Assembly: GCA_045636645.1 (NCBI GenBank)
Contig: JAZTXX010000018.1
Span: 2,896 to 66,895, forward strand
DNA: 64,000 nucleotides
Source: Candidatus Nanosyncoccus sp.
Lineage (GTDB): Bacteria > Patescibacteriota > Saccharimonadia > Saccharimonadales > Saccharimonadaceae
Reading direction: 5' to 3'
In this document: in pieces, positions 34,729-45,459 of the stretch
Layout: each line of letters opens with the position of its first letter
How positions within the stretch are numbered: position 1 is the first letter of the stretch
Made by a program: the position numbers and the translations under genes
Notes under the pieces: model-generated
What the model was told of the DNA's origin: nothing
Seen by the model: the letters and a program-made list of their open reading frames with translations, nothing else
The model's database searches: none

Positions 34729-36067
34729 AATCTACAATACGACATCGCGTAAACTTGAGGATTTTAAACCTCATAGTGATGTTGTGAAGATTTATACCTG
34801 TGGGCCGACGGTTTATAATTATGCCCACATTGGGAATTTGACTGCGTATATCTACTGGGATCTACTCGTTAGGGCCCTTAAAGCTAATAATTATAAAATT
34901 AAACGAGTTTTGAATCTTACCGACGTCGGGCATCTTGTCTCTGACGGCGATGAAGGTGAGGATAAACTTGAGAAGGGGGCCGAGCGTGAGGGGAAGAGCG
35001 TGTTCGAGATTGCTGATTATTATATCGGGCAATTTATGGATGATTATCGTTCACTTGAACTGACTGAGCCGGACGTATTAGCACGTGCAACTGACTACAT
35101 CAAAGAAGATACCGAAGCAGTTGATTTGATGACGAAAAACAGTTTTACTTATGAGACATCTGACGGGGTGTACTTCGATACGAGTAAGTTCGAAAAGTAT
35201 GCTGATTTCGCTAAGCTTGATCTTGCAGGGTTAAAGGCTGGTGCTAGAGTTGATTTTTCTAGCGAAAAAAAGAATGCTTCGGATTTTGCCGTTTGGAAGT
35301 TTATTAAGCCTGGCGAAAAACATGCGATGCGATGGGATTATTTAGGGCGCCCTGGATATCCTGGTTGGCACTTAGAATGCGCAACTATAATTCATAAGGA
35401 GTTAGGTGAGCCGATCGACATACATACGGGCGGGATTGACCATATTCCGGTACACCATACTAACGAAATTGCAGAGTGCTACGGTGCATATGGCACAAAT
35501 CTGTCAAAATACTGGATGCACTGTGATTTTATCACGATCGACAACGAGAAAATCTCAAAATCTCTCGGTAATGTTTATTCGCTTCGTGATCTAAATGAAC
35601 GTGATTTTTCTGCGATGGATTATAAAATGTGGGTATTGTCAGGCCACTACCAAGGCACTCGTAATTTTACTTTTGAATCACTAGAAGGTGCAAAAAACCG
35701 CAGGCTAAATTGGCGAAATAGGATTGCAGAGTGTTACCAGAATGATATCGTTGGTGAAAAAGATGCTTTTTCTGAGATTCTGGCCGCAGTTAATAATAAT
35801 ATGAATTCGTCGGAAGCTTTCGCGATAATTGATAACAAGAATCTGTCACTTGAAGATTGGAAAAATATAGATGAACTATTTGGTCTGCGCTTAATCGCCG
35901 ATACACCTGACATTTCGAAAGAAACCTACGCACAAATTCAGGAACGTGAGGAGGCTCGTGCAGAAAAAAACTATACTCGATCTGATGAAATCCGCGACCT
36001 ACTCGCAAAACAAAACATTACCGTAAAAGACACTGCGGATGGCGCAGTATGGCAGTATCTAAAATAG
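34721..36067 (+). CDS. cysS: Cysteine--tRNA ligase
   Basis: MLKIYNTTSRKLEDFKP, TCGPTVYNYAHIGN (HIGH) and KISKSLGN (KMSKS). ATG 34721 overlaps the upstream stop. Confidence 0.9.
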   Translation: MLKIYNTTSRKLEDFKPHSDVVKIYTCGPTVYNYAHIGNLTAYIYWDLLVRALKANNYKIKRVLNLTDVGHLVSDGDEGEDKLEKGAEREGKSVFEIADYYIGQFMDDYRSLELTEPDVLARATDYIKEDTEAVDLMTKNSFTYETSDGVYFDTSKFEKYADFAKLDLAGLKAGARVDFSSEKKNASDFAVWKFIKPGEKHAMRWDYLGRPGYPGWHLECATIIHKELGEPIDIHTGGIDHIPVHHTNEIAECYGAYGTNLSKYWMHCDFITIDNEKISKSLGNVYSLRDLNERDFSAMDYKMWVLSGHYQGTRNFTFESLEGAKNRRLNWRNRIAECYQNDIVGEKDAFSEILAAVNNNMNSSEAFAIIDNKNLSLEDWKNIDELFGLRLIADTPDISKETYAQIQEREEARAEKNYTRSDEIRDLLAKQNITVKDTADGAVWQYLK

Positions 36068-36105
36068 GCAAAACTCTTATGTAGTATTTTAGGTAAATTG
36101 GAGGG

Positions 36106-36133
36106 TTGAGAATTTTTCTTATATTGCTATAAA
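36106..36133 (+). promoter_or_regulatory. Sigma70-like promoter (TTGAGA-16 nt-TGcTATAAA) in the cysS-downstream gap
   Basis: TTGAGA at 36106-36111 and TATAAA at 36128-36133, preceded by tgc. Confidence 0.35.
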
Positions 36134-36260
36134 TGGCCCGGGTTGGCTTCGGAGTTTGGTGGGCCGAGTATTATTGTTATTATTTGATAATACACCATGT
36201 CAAAAACCAAGTTGCCAAACCAAAGTAAAATATCTGACCATCTCTCCATGAATCTAGCGA

Positions 36261-36290
36261 AATAGCCTCGTCATATTCGAGGCTATTTTA
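36261..36290. terminator. Bidirectional terminator hairpin
   Basis: aatagcctcg-tcatatt-cgaggctatt followed by tt. It sits between the plus-strand orphan unit and the minus-strand 64-aa gene. Confidence 0.6.
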
Positions 36291-36291
36291 A

Positions 36292-36486
36292 CTAAACTAG
36301 TGCGTGCTTGCTTTTTTGTAGCGAGGCTAAGACCTGATTGACCTCATTTTGTGCTATTTGGGGTTTCAACCTCTCGTTCATTCTAACTAATGATTCGGCT
36401 GTCGGTTGCTTGCTTGGTGGAACTTCCGTCACTTCAAGCTTTAAGCCATTATCTATGGCTTCTTTCTCAAATGCTCGCCAATCCAT
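36292..36486 (-). CDS. Small hypothetical protein (64 aa)
   Basis: Near-perfect SD (gaaggaggtgataaaATG). Its own TGTTATAAT box lies at 36552-36560, and a terminator follows immediately downstream. Confidence 0.6.
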   Translation of the reverse strand: MDWRAFEKEAIDNGLKLEVTEVPPSKQPTAESLVRMNERLKPQIAQNEVNQVLASLQKSKHALV

Positions 36487-36551
36487 TTTATCACCTCCTT
36501 CTAATAGCTTAGACTGTCTAGCTCTGTAAAGTGCGTACTGATTGTTATCCT

Positions 36552-36560
36552 ATTATAACA
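36552..36560 (-). promoter_or_regulatory. Extended -10 box (TGTTATAAT) for the 64-aa gene
   Basis: The plus strand reads attataaca. The ~55-nt leader contains the near-palindrome agcttagac-t-gtctagct (36507-36524 region). Confidence 0.4.
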
Positions 36561-36566
36561 TTTTTA

Positions 36567-38671
<2,105 letters not shown>

Positions 38672-38678
38672 TTACATA

Positions 38679-39251
38679 TTATAACATATTTTCGGGGTTC
38701 TTGGCTAGGTCGCGCTGGATTTGCTTCTTGTAACGCTCTTCTTCTGAAAAAATGCAGCCACAATACTTCTGCATGTATAGGCCAATCTCCCTTGCCCTGG
38801 CTTGCCCCTCACGGAATCCTACCCTAAAATCTCTATAAACAAACTCTACACCTGACAATTCCGCCAATTCTTCACAGACGGCTTTGAGCTCCCCGTGCTT
38901 CTGATACGGGGAGACTAGGAGTGTGGTCGTAAATGAGTCGTAGCCGTGCTTTGCGGCGTAGCGGACGGTCTCGGTTAATCTCTTCTTGTAGCAATAATTA
39001 ACACAGCGATTCGGGATATCCGAGATGACGTTCTTACAGAATTCGTCTAGTCCGTAGTCTTCTTTGATGACGAGGGCCACGTCGACTTCTTTCGCGTAGT
39101 CTTTCAGACAGTCACGCCTGGTCTTGTATTCTATGTATGGATGAATATTCGGGTTGTACCAAAATAGTGTCGGTTCGATTCCTTCCGACCTCAGTGAATC
39201 AATACAATAAACACTACATGGAGCACAGCAAGTGTGCATTAACATTTTCAT
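38679..39251 (-). CDS. queH: Epoxyqueuosine reductase QueH (DUF208)
   Basis: MHTCCAPCS at the N-terminus and a QKYCGC block later. Confidence 0.8.
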   Translation of the reverse strand: MKMLMHTCCAPCSVYCIDSLRSEGIEPTLFWYNPNIHPYIEYKTRRDCLKDYAKEVDVALVIKEDYGLDEFCKNVISDIPNRCVNYCYKKRLTETVRYAAKHGYDSFTTTLLVSPYQKHGELKAVCEELAELSGVEFVYRDFRVGFREGQARAREIGLYMQKYCGCIFSEEERYKKQIQRDLAKNPENML

Positions 39252-39258
39252 TTACACA

Positions 39259-39267
39259 ATTATAACA
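39259..39267 (-). promoter_or_regulatory. Extended -10 box (TGTTATAAT), 7 nt before ATG 39251 (queH-queA-tgt)
   Basis: The plus strand reads attataaca. Confidence 0.5.
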
Positions 39268-39271
39268 TTTA

Positions 39272-39280
39272 TGGTACAAT
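39272..39280 (+). promoter_or_regulatory. Extended -10 box (TGGTACAAT) for 39299
   Basis: Sits 4 bp from the divergent box. This is a leadered case, with SD ggagg. Confidence 0.45.
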
Positions 39281-39298
39281 TAATCTATAAGGAGGTCT

Positions 39299-40405
39299 AT
39301 GGCAAAAACAATTGAAACCGATTTAAAAACATTTATCAAGTTTTGGTTGGTGCCACTCGGAATTGTGGTTTCGATTTTTATAATTTTTAAGGCTTTGACT
39401 GGCCTAATTATTATTGGAATTTCGATTTTCCTTGCCCTAGCCCTGAAACCTTTAGTCCGTAAAGTTAACGGTTTATTTACGAGACAGATTAAGAGAGATA
39501 AGAACCATCAGAATATCTCTGCGATCCTGGCATATCTAATCGTCGTCTTGGTGATCGGGGCGATCGTGGCAATTGTCGGTCCGGTCGTAATTAATGAGAC
39601 CTCGAAATACATCTACCACTTCCCGGAGACGTTTGAGACGACGTTTGGTGGATGGGATGGGATTAATAACTTCGGGCGCTCCATTGGGGTTGAGAATCTT
39701 CAGGCGGAGATTATGAATGGCTTTTCGAATATTTCCGACAATCTGCTCGGATTTCTCGGGAACAATATTATGACTAGCGTGAGCAGTATTGCAGATATCG
39801 CTATGAAGATTATACTGGTGCTCGTTTTGACACTACTGTTTCTACTTGATGGCCCGGATATGCTTGAGTCGCTCTGGAAGGCTATCTCTTCGCATGACGG
39901 CGACAATAAGAATGTAACGGTTGCTAGAAGAGTTGTAATGAAGATGGCCAACGTTGTCTCGACCTATGTATCACGGCAGATTATTGTCGCGATGATTGAT
40001 GGCTGTGCGACCATGGTAATCGTACTTGCGCTCTCGCTAATTTTCAATCTTCCATCTGATCTGACTGTTCCGATGGGGATGATCACTATGGCGTTCTACT
40101 TGATTCCGATGTTCGGGCAGTTTATTGGTGGTACCCTCGTGACGATCTTACTATTCTTTACTAATCCGGTGATGGCTGCAACTTTCGCTGTTGTATATAT
40201 AATATATGCTCAGCTTGAGAACAACCTCATTTCTCCGAAGATTCAAGGCCAAGCGCTCAAGCTTAGTCCGCTAATTATCCTCTGTTCCGTAACTATCGGT
40301 ATGTATATGTTCGGTCTGCTTGGCGCAATTATCGCGATCCCAATCGCAGGCTGTATCCGTGTGTTAGTGGAGGAATATCCCAACATCAAGGCTCTCAGGA
40401 GTTAA
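39299..40405 (+). CDS. AI-2E family (PerM/UPF0118) transporter
   Basis: About 8 TM segments and the family-typical C-terminal block ..ENNLISPKIQGQALKLSPLIIL.. Confidence 0.6.
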   Translation: MAKTIETDLKTFIKFWLVPLGIVVSIFIIFKALTGLIIIGISIFLALALKPLVRKVNGLFTRQIKRDKNHQNISAILAYLIVVLVIGAIVAIVGPVVINETSKYIYHFPETFETTFGGWDGINNFGRSIGVENLQAEIMNGFSNISDNLLGFLGNNIMTSVSSIADIAMKIILVLVLTLLFLLDGPDMLESLWKAISSHDGDNKNVTVARRVVMKMANVVSTYVSRQIIVAMIDGCATMVIVLALSLIFNLPSDLTVPMGMITMAFYLIPMFGQFIGGTLVTILLFFTNPVMAATFAVVYIIYAQLENNLISPKIQGQALKLSPLIILCSVTIGMYMFGLLGAIIAIPIAGCIRVLVEEYPNIKALRS

Positions 40406-40406
40406 T

Positions 40407-41576
40407 ATGACCAAGACTAACTCTCGGGAAAAGTCGTTTCCCGCAAATGAACGACGTGCAGAGTTCATGAAGTCTCTTCGGAGACCAGCACTGATTATTG
40501 TTTTTATATTAATTAATATTGTTGTAATTGCAATTACCGCAATTAACGAATTCGGTAATTCTGAAAATGCTGCAGCACTTTCTGAAGTCAAAATCAGCTG
40601 GTGGTTCCTGATTCCAGCGCTTCTTTGCTTCGTGTTCGCATTGGTTTTCGAGGTATATAAATATGTCCTAATGATTCGCGAGATGTCGAAAGGGAAGGCA
40701 AAGTACGACCCGAAGCATGCTTGGAAGGTATCGAGGAGAACTGTGCTTCTTGGTAAATACTATGATAGCATCACTCCGGCCGCAATTGGTGGTCAACCAT
40801 TCCAGGTATACTATATGCGAAAAAACAGCGGGCTTTCCGACGGAGTGTCAACTTCAATTCCGGTCTTCGGGATGATTTCTGGACAGCTTGGTTTTATGAT
40901 TATCGCAGTGTTCTGTTTCTTGATTGGTAGCTGGACAATTAATAACGCTGCGCTGATCGGGACAGCTTGTTTTGGTTTGATTTTCTACGCGTTCTGGCCA
41001 GTTGTCGTAATGATTGGGACTTTTCTACCGAACACTACAACGGACTTGATCAACCTATTTGTAGGTATTCTCGCGAAGATTCGTATCGTGAAGAATAAAG
41101 AGAAGGCTAAGAAGAAGATTCGCTACGAAATCAATGAATATGCGAGATGTGTAAAGACTATCCTAAAAACGCCCGGGCTTTTCGCGAAAACAATCTTATG
41201 CTCGCTGTTATACAATGCTTTAATTGGCATGATACCTTTCTTCGTGCTCACAGCATTTGGTGGACAGATTGATTTCTTGCCTTGCTTCGTGACAACAATC
41301 GCTGTGACCAGTGCAGTCTACTTCGTGCCGACTCCAGGTAACTCTGGTGCTGCGGAAGGAACCTTCTATGCTGTATTCTCGGCCGTATCGAGTGGTTACG
41401 TATTCTGGGCGATGCTGGTCTGGCGCTTATTCTCTTACTATTCTTACATCATTATGGGGCCAATCATTTATTTCAGGATGCATCTCGAGAAGAAACGAAA
41501 TGAGCGAAATGAACTTGGGAGTAAAGATGGCAAAGAAGGCAAGCAAGAAGAGAAGGCGATCGAAGCTAAATCTTAG
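40407..41576 (+). CDS. Flippase-like / lysyl-PG-synthase TM-region (UPF0104) membrane protein
   Basis: Polytopic, with the YYDSITPAAIGGQPFQVYYM block. Confidence 0.5.
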   Translation: MTKTNSREKSFPANERRAEFMKSLRRPALIIVFILINIVVIAITAINEFGNSENAAALSEVKISWWFLIPALLCFVFALVFEVYKYVLMIREMSKGKAKYDPKHAWKVSRRTVLLGKYYDSITPAAIGGQPFQVYYMRKNSGLSDGVSTSIPVFGMISGQLGFMIIAVFCFLIGSWTINNAALIGTACFGLIFYAFWPVVVMIGTFLPNTTTDLINLFVGILAKIRIVKNKEKAKKKIRYEINEYARCVKTILKTPGLFAKTILCSLLYNALIGMIPFFVLTAFGGQIDFLPCFVTTIAVTSAVYFVPTPGNSGAAEGTFYAVFSAVSSGYVFWAMLVWRLFSYYSYIIMGPIIYFRMHLEKKRNERNELGSKDGKEGKQEEKAIEAKS

Positions 41577-43608
41577 CCGAAAAAACCTATTGGTTATCGG
41601 GGTCTTCGGTGTGCTTTTAGTCGGATTTTTGGTCTGGTTTTTCATATCTTTCTTATGTGAAGATTTAGAACTTCACCTTACGACCAGTTATGAATTCCCA
41701 GAGAGTTCTTCACTTAATGATTTGTACAGTATCCAAAATGGTAACTATGCGATAGCAATTGATGGGGAAATTGTGGCTGGGGGAAATTTCAAGACTAAGA
41801 CAGCTGAGGAGCCTGGGGATGATGAAGAAGCCGCAGAGCCTAAGAATTCTGGGGAGATTTATGAGACCGAAGAAGTTCGCCCGACCGCCAGTACTGCGAA
41901 GATGATCCTTGGACTTGCAGTGATGCGAGAGAAGCCGTTTAACCCAGGTGAGGATGGTGAGACTATTACGATCACTGATGAGATGTATTCGCATTACGTC
42001 TGGTATATCTCGAACAACGGCTCGAATACGAGAGTTAAGGTCGGAGAGGAGATTAGTGAATATGATGCTTTGGCTTCGATATTCCTTGCCTCTTCGAACA
42101 ATATGGCCGATTCTCTCGCAATCTGGGCCTTCGGATCAATTGACGCTTACAGAGAATATGCTACTTCGATGCTTCGTGAATGGGGGCTCATGAATACCCA
42201 GATTGGGAGCGACGCGAGTGGATATCATCCTGATACTGTAAGTACGGCTAGCGAGCTCGCAATAATTGGCGAGAAAGTCCTAGAGGACCCGGTACTTTCC
42301 GAGATTGTTAACACAAAAGAACACACTGTTCCGGTCGCCGGGACATTAACAAACAGTAATAAAATACTCGGGAATCTTGGGATCGCTGGGATTAAGACTG
42401 GTTATATCGGTGACGCTTCGGGATACTGTCTGGTCAGCGGGTACAGACTAAACGATCACGTTATCACAACATCGCTTCTTGGCGCTACGACTAGAGATGA
42501 GTCTTTCAACCAAAGCCTCGCAATTACTGAAGCCATTCAGAGAAAGACTAACCCTCTTAGACTAGTTAAGTCTGGTCAGACGGTAGGGTATTATGATAGT
42601 TGGTGGACTGGCAAGGTTAAGGTTTCGGCTGAAGAAGATTTTGACGAGATGATTTGGGCTGAAGCCGACACTAATTCGTCGCTTAATATGGATGGGGAGG
42701 ACGGAAAACTGGTTCTTAGCATCGCCAATAAAACCTACGAGCGAAACGTTCGAGCAGATCATTATGTCCCCCAGCCCTCATTCTGGGAAAGAGTGATGCA
42801 TGTTTTTGGTTGGAAGAACGAGGCTGAATTTGGAGAAGAGCGGGAGGATAATAATCCTGAAAATATAGAGGTAGAAGATAATGAAGGCGTGGACGAAAAC
42901 TCCGAAACAGAACCAGCGAAGCCGGATCAAGACCTCACCCCGATTACTAGAATTCCTTCAGATAATTATACGATCCAATTCGGCTATCTAATGCTAATTA
43001 ATCCAAATTTTCCCGTGACGACTAATTTCATTGATGCGAGGCGCTCAGAGCTTGTTAGTATTTCATCGCTATATGGAATCGTAGAAGGGAACCCGAATAA
43101 TGGAGATAATCTACTCGACCCGGAGGCTGCAAAGCACCTAAACGAAATGGTTAAGGCCTACGAGGCTGCCTACCCTGGACACACTTTCGAGACTCGCTCT
43201 TGCTACCGCGCGAGAGGGACTACTTGCGGTAGACTTTGTGCGGCGACTGGAACTTCTGACCATCATACGGGGCTGACCTGCGACCTACTTGATCCGGCTT
43301 ACGGGACTTCACTTGATACTGATACCTACGACCAGCACATTGATTGGCAGTGGTTGTATGAGAATTCCTACAAATATGGATTTATCGACCGTTTCCCATA
43401 CGAATGGGCTGGTGGACCGATGAGTCAACCAGCAAATATCGACGAGAATGGTTCAACTGGATTATTTGAAACCTGGCATTATCGCTTCGTCGGCGTTGGT
43501 CCTGCGACCGAAATTGCGACTGGTAAATACAATAATGGTAAATACGATTCTTTAGAGCATTATCTAAAAGCTAGAGGGCTAATTCAGGATCTTAAAAATG
43601 GGAATTGA
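41527..43608 (+). CDS. Fusion protein: S11 serine DD-carboxypeptidase + M15B (VanY-like) zinc DD-carboxypeptidase
   Basis: N-terminal anchor. S11 motifs are ASTAK (SxxK), SSNN (SxN) and IKTGYIG (KTG). The C-terminal VanY motifs are SCYRA, SDHHTGLTCDL and ETWHYRFVG. The start is ATG 41527 (alternatively 41500). Confidence 0.7.
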   Translation: MAKKASKKRRRSKLNLSRKNLLVIGVFGVLLVGFLVWFFISFLCEDLELHLTTSYEFPESSSLNDLYSIQNGNYAIAIDGEIVAGGNFKTKTAEEPGDDEEAAEPKNSGEIYETEEVRPTASTAKMILGLAVMREKPFNPGEDGETITITDEMYSHYVWYISNNGSNTRVKVGEEISEYDALASIFLASSNNMADSLAIWAFGSIDAYREYATSMLREWGLMNTQIGSDASGYHPDTVSTASELAIIGEKVLEDPVLSEIVNTKEHTVPVAGTLTNSNKILGNLGIAGIKTGYIGDASGYCLVSGYRLNDHVITTSLLGATTRDESFNQSLAITEAIQRKTNPLRLVKSGQTVGYYDSWWTGKVKVSAEEDFDEMIWAEADTNSSLNMDGEDGKLVLSIANKTYERNVRADHYVPQPSFWERVMHVFGWKNEAEFGEEREDNNPENIEVEDNEGVDENSETEPAKPDQDLTPITRIPSDNYTIQFGYLMLINPNFPVTTNFIDARRSELVSISSLYGIVEGNPNNGDNLLDPEAAKHLNEMVKAYEAAYPGHTFETRSCYRARGTTCGRLCAATGTSDHHTGLTCDLLDPAYGTSLDTDTYDQHIDWQWLYENSYKYGFIDRFPYEWAGGPMSQPANIDENGSTGLFETWHYRFVGVGPATEIATGKYNNGKYDSLEHYLKARGLIQDLKNGN

Positions 43609-43641
43609 CATTAAAAGTAAATGGGGTAGAATAGTATAGCA

Positions 43642-45459
43642 ATGTTTAAACTTTTTCGTTATCTGAAGCCTTATTGGTGGCAGGTCATTATCCTAATTCT
43701 TGCGACAGCGGTCCAAGTCTGGACTACTTTGCAACTACCCGCTTTGATGGCTGGAATAATTAATGATGGTATCATGCCCGGCAATACTGATTACATAATG
43801 CAAATCGGTATCCAGATGATTGGAATTGCGGTTGTTTCTGCGATCGCCGCGCTGGTATCTAGTTATTACTCGGCAAAGATTGGGACATCATTCTCGCGAG
43901 ATATTAGAACGGCTATTTTTACGAAGATTATTAATTTCAATATCTTAGATGTGAAGGATTTCAGCACGGCTTCGCTTCTAACAAGGACCACCAACGACGT
44001 CACACAGGTTCAAAATGTTACCGTGATGATATTATCCATGATGCTCCGTGCACCACTGTTCTGCATTATATCTATCGTGATGGCTATACAGACTGCGCCA
44101 GACATGAGCTGGATTATCCTGGTTGGGGCTATTGCGATTCTCTGCACGGTTGTGCTGATTATGGCGCTGGTGATTCCGAAGTTTAAGCTATTCCAGAAGC
44201 TTGTTGATAAGATTACTTTAATTACGCGCGAGAATCTCACTGGGCTTCGCGTAGTTAGGGCTTTTAATAATCAGAAGCTGGAGAAGAAAAAGTTCGTGAA
44301 GACCAATAACGAATTAACTCGAATCCTTATCTTTATTGATCGGATCCTCGAACTCCAGAACCCATTAATCAACATTATCTTCAATGGGATGACACTTCTT
44401 TGCTCGTGGGTTGGAATTTCGCTTCTGACTAAGGACTTCGCATATCTTGGTAATATGACTGCTTTCGCGCAGTATGTTACACACGTGATGTTGTCGTTTC
44501 TCATGATGTCGATTCTCTTCGTAATGCTTCCGCGTGCTAACGTCTCTGCCCAGCGTATCAATGAGGTCCTACGCAAGACTTCGAAGATTACCTGGCGCGA
44601 GAAGACAAACGGTACACCCGATAAGAAAGCTTCGGTTGAATTTCGCAATGTTGATTTTAATTATCCGGCCGCAACTGAGAAGGTGCTAGACAATATTTCA
44701 TTTAGAGCTGAAGCCGGTGAGACGATTGCCTTTATCGGTTCGACGGGTTCTGGCAAGTCTACACTCGTGAATCTTGTGCCTAGATTCTATGAGGCGACGA
44801 AGGGCGACGTCCTGATTAATGGTATATCTGTAAAAGAATACAGTAAGGATGATTTGATCTCGAAGATTGGCCTGGTTCCACAACGAGGGATGCTTTTCTC
44901 CGGCACAGTTAAGTCTAATATTAAGTTCGGCGCTCCGAATGCTTCGGATAAAGATGTTTATAAGGCTGCGAAGATTGCGCAGGCTGATGGATTTATCGAG
45001 AAGTTTCCGGATAAATACAATTCACATATCGCCCAAGGTGGGGCAAATGTCTCGGGTGGTCAGAAACAGAGGCTCTCGATTGCTCGGGCAATTTGCAAGA
45101 AACCGGATATTTTCGTGTTCGACGACGCTTTCTCGGCGCTTGATATGAAGACCGACGCAAAGCTTCGAGCCGCTCTAACTGAAGTGACCGAAGATTCAGT
45201 AGTATTGATCGTTGCGCAGAGGGTCAGCACCATTAAAGACGCAGACCAAATTGTCGTACTAAACAATGGTAAGATTGTCGGCAAGGGAAGACATCTGGAG
45301 CTCGTCGCGAACTGTGAAATCTATCGGGAGATCGTAAAATCGCAGCTTTCTGATAAGGAGTTCGACCGTGAGATTAAGCTTTCCGAGGAATACCTGAAGC
45401 CATCAAAGAAAAGTTCTCGTAAATCAGTGGCTCCCGCCAAGGAGGTAGATTATGCCTAA
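43642..45459 (+). CDS. ABC exporter, fused permease/ATPase (subunit 1)
   Basis: 6 TM segments plus an NBD with GSTGSGKST, LSGGQKQRLSIAR and IFVFDDA. A TAGAAT box lies 9 nt upstream of the ATG. Confidence 0.85.
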   Translation: MFKLFRYLKPYWWQVIILILATAVQVWTTLQLPALMAGIINDGIMPGNTDYIMQIGIQMIGIAVVSAIAALVSSYYSAKIGTSFSRDIRTAIFTKIINFNILDVKDFSTASLLTRTTNDVTQVQNVTVMILSMMLRAPLFCIISIVMAIQTAPDMSWIILVGAIAILCTVVLIMALVIPKFKLFQKLVDKITLITRENLTGLRVVRAFNNQKLEKKKFVKTNNELTRILIFIDRILELQNPLINIIFNGMTLLCSWVGISLLTKDFAYLGNMTAFAQYVTHVMLSFLMMSILFVMLPRANVSAQRINEVLRKTSKITWREKTNGTPDKKASVEFRNVDFNYPAATEKVLDNISFRAEAGETIAFIGSTGSGKSTLVNLVPRFYEATKGDVLINGISVKEYSKDDLISKIGLVPQRGMLFSGTVKSNIKFGAPNASDKDVYKAAKIAQADGFIEKFPDKYNSHIAQGGANVSGGQKQRLSIARAICKKPDIFVFDDAFSALDMKTDAKLRAALTEVTEDSVVLIVAQRVSTIKDADQIVVLNNGKIVGKGRHLELVANCEIYREIVKSQLSDKEFDREIKLSEEYLKPSKKSSRKSVAPAKEVDYA

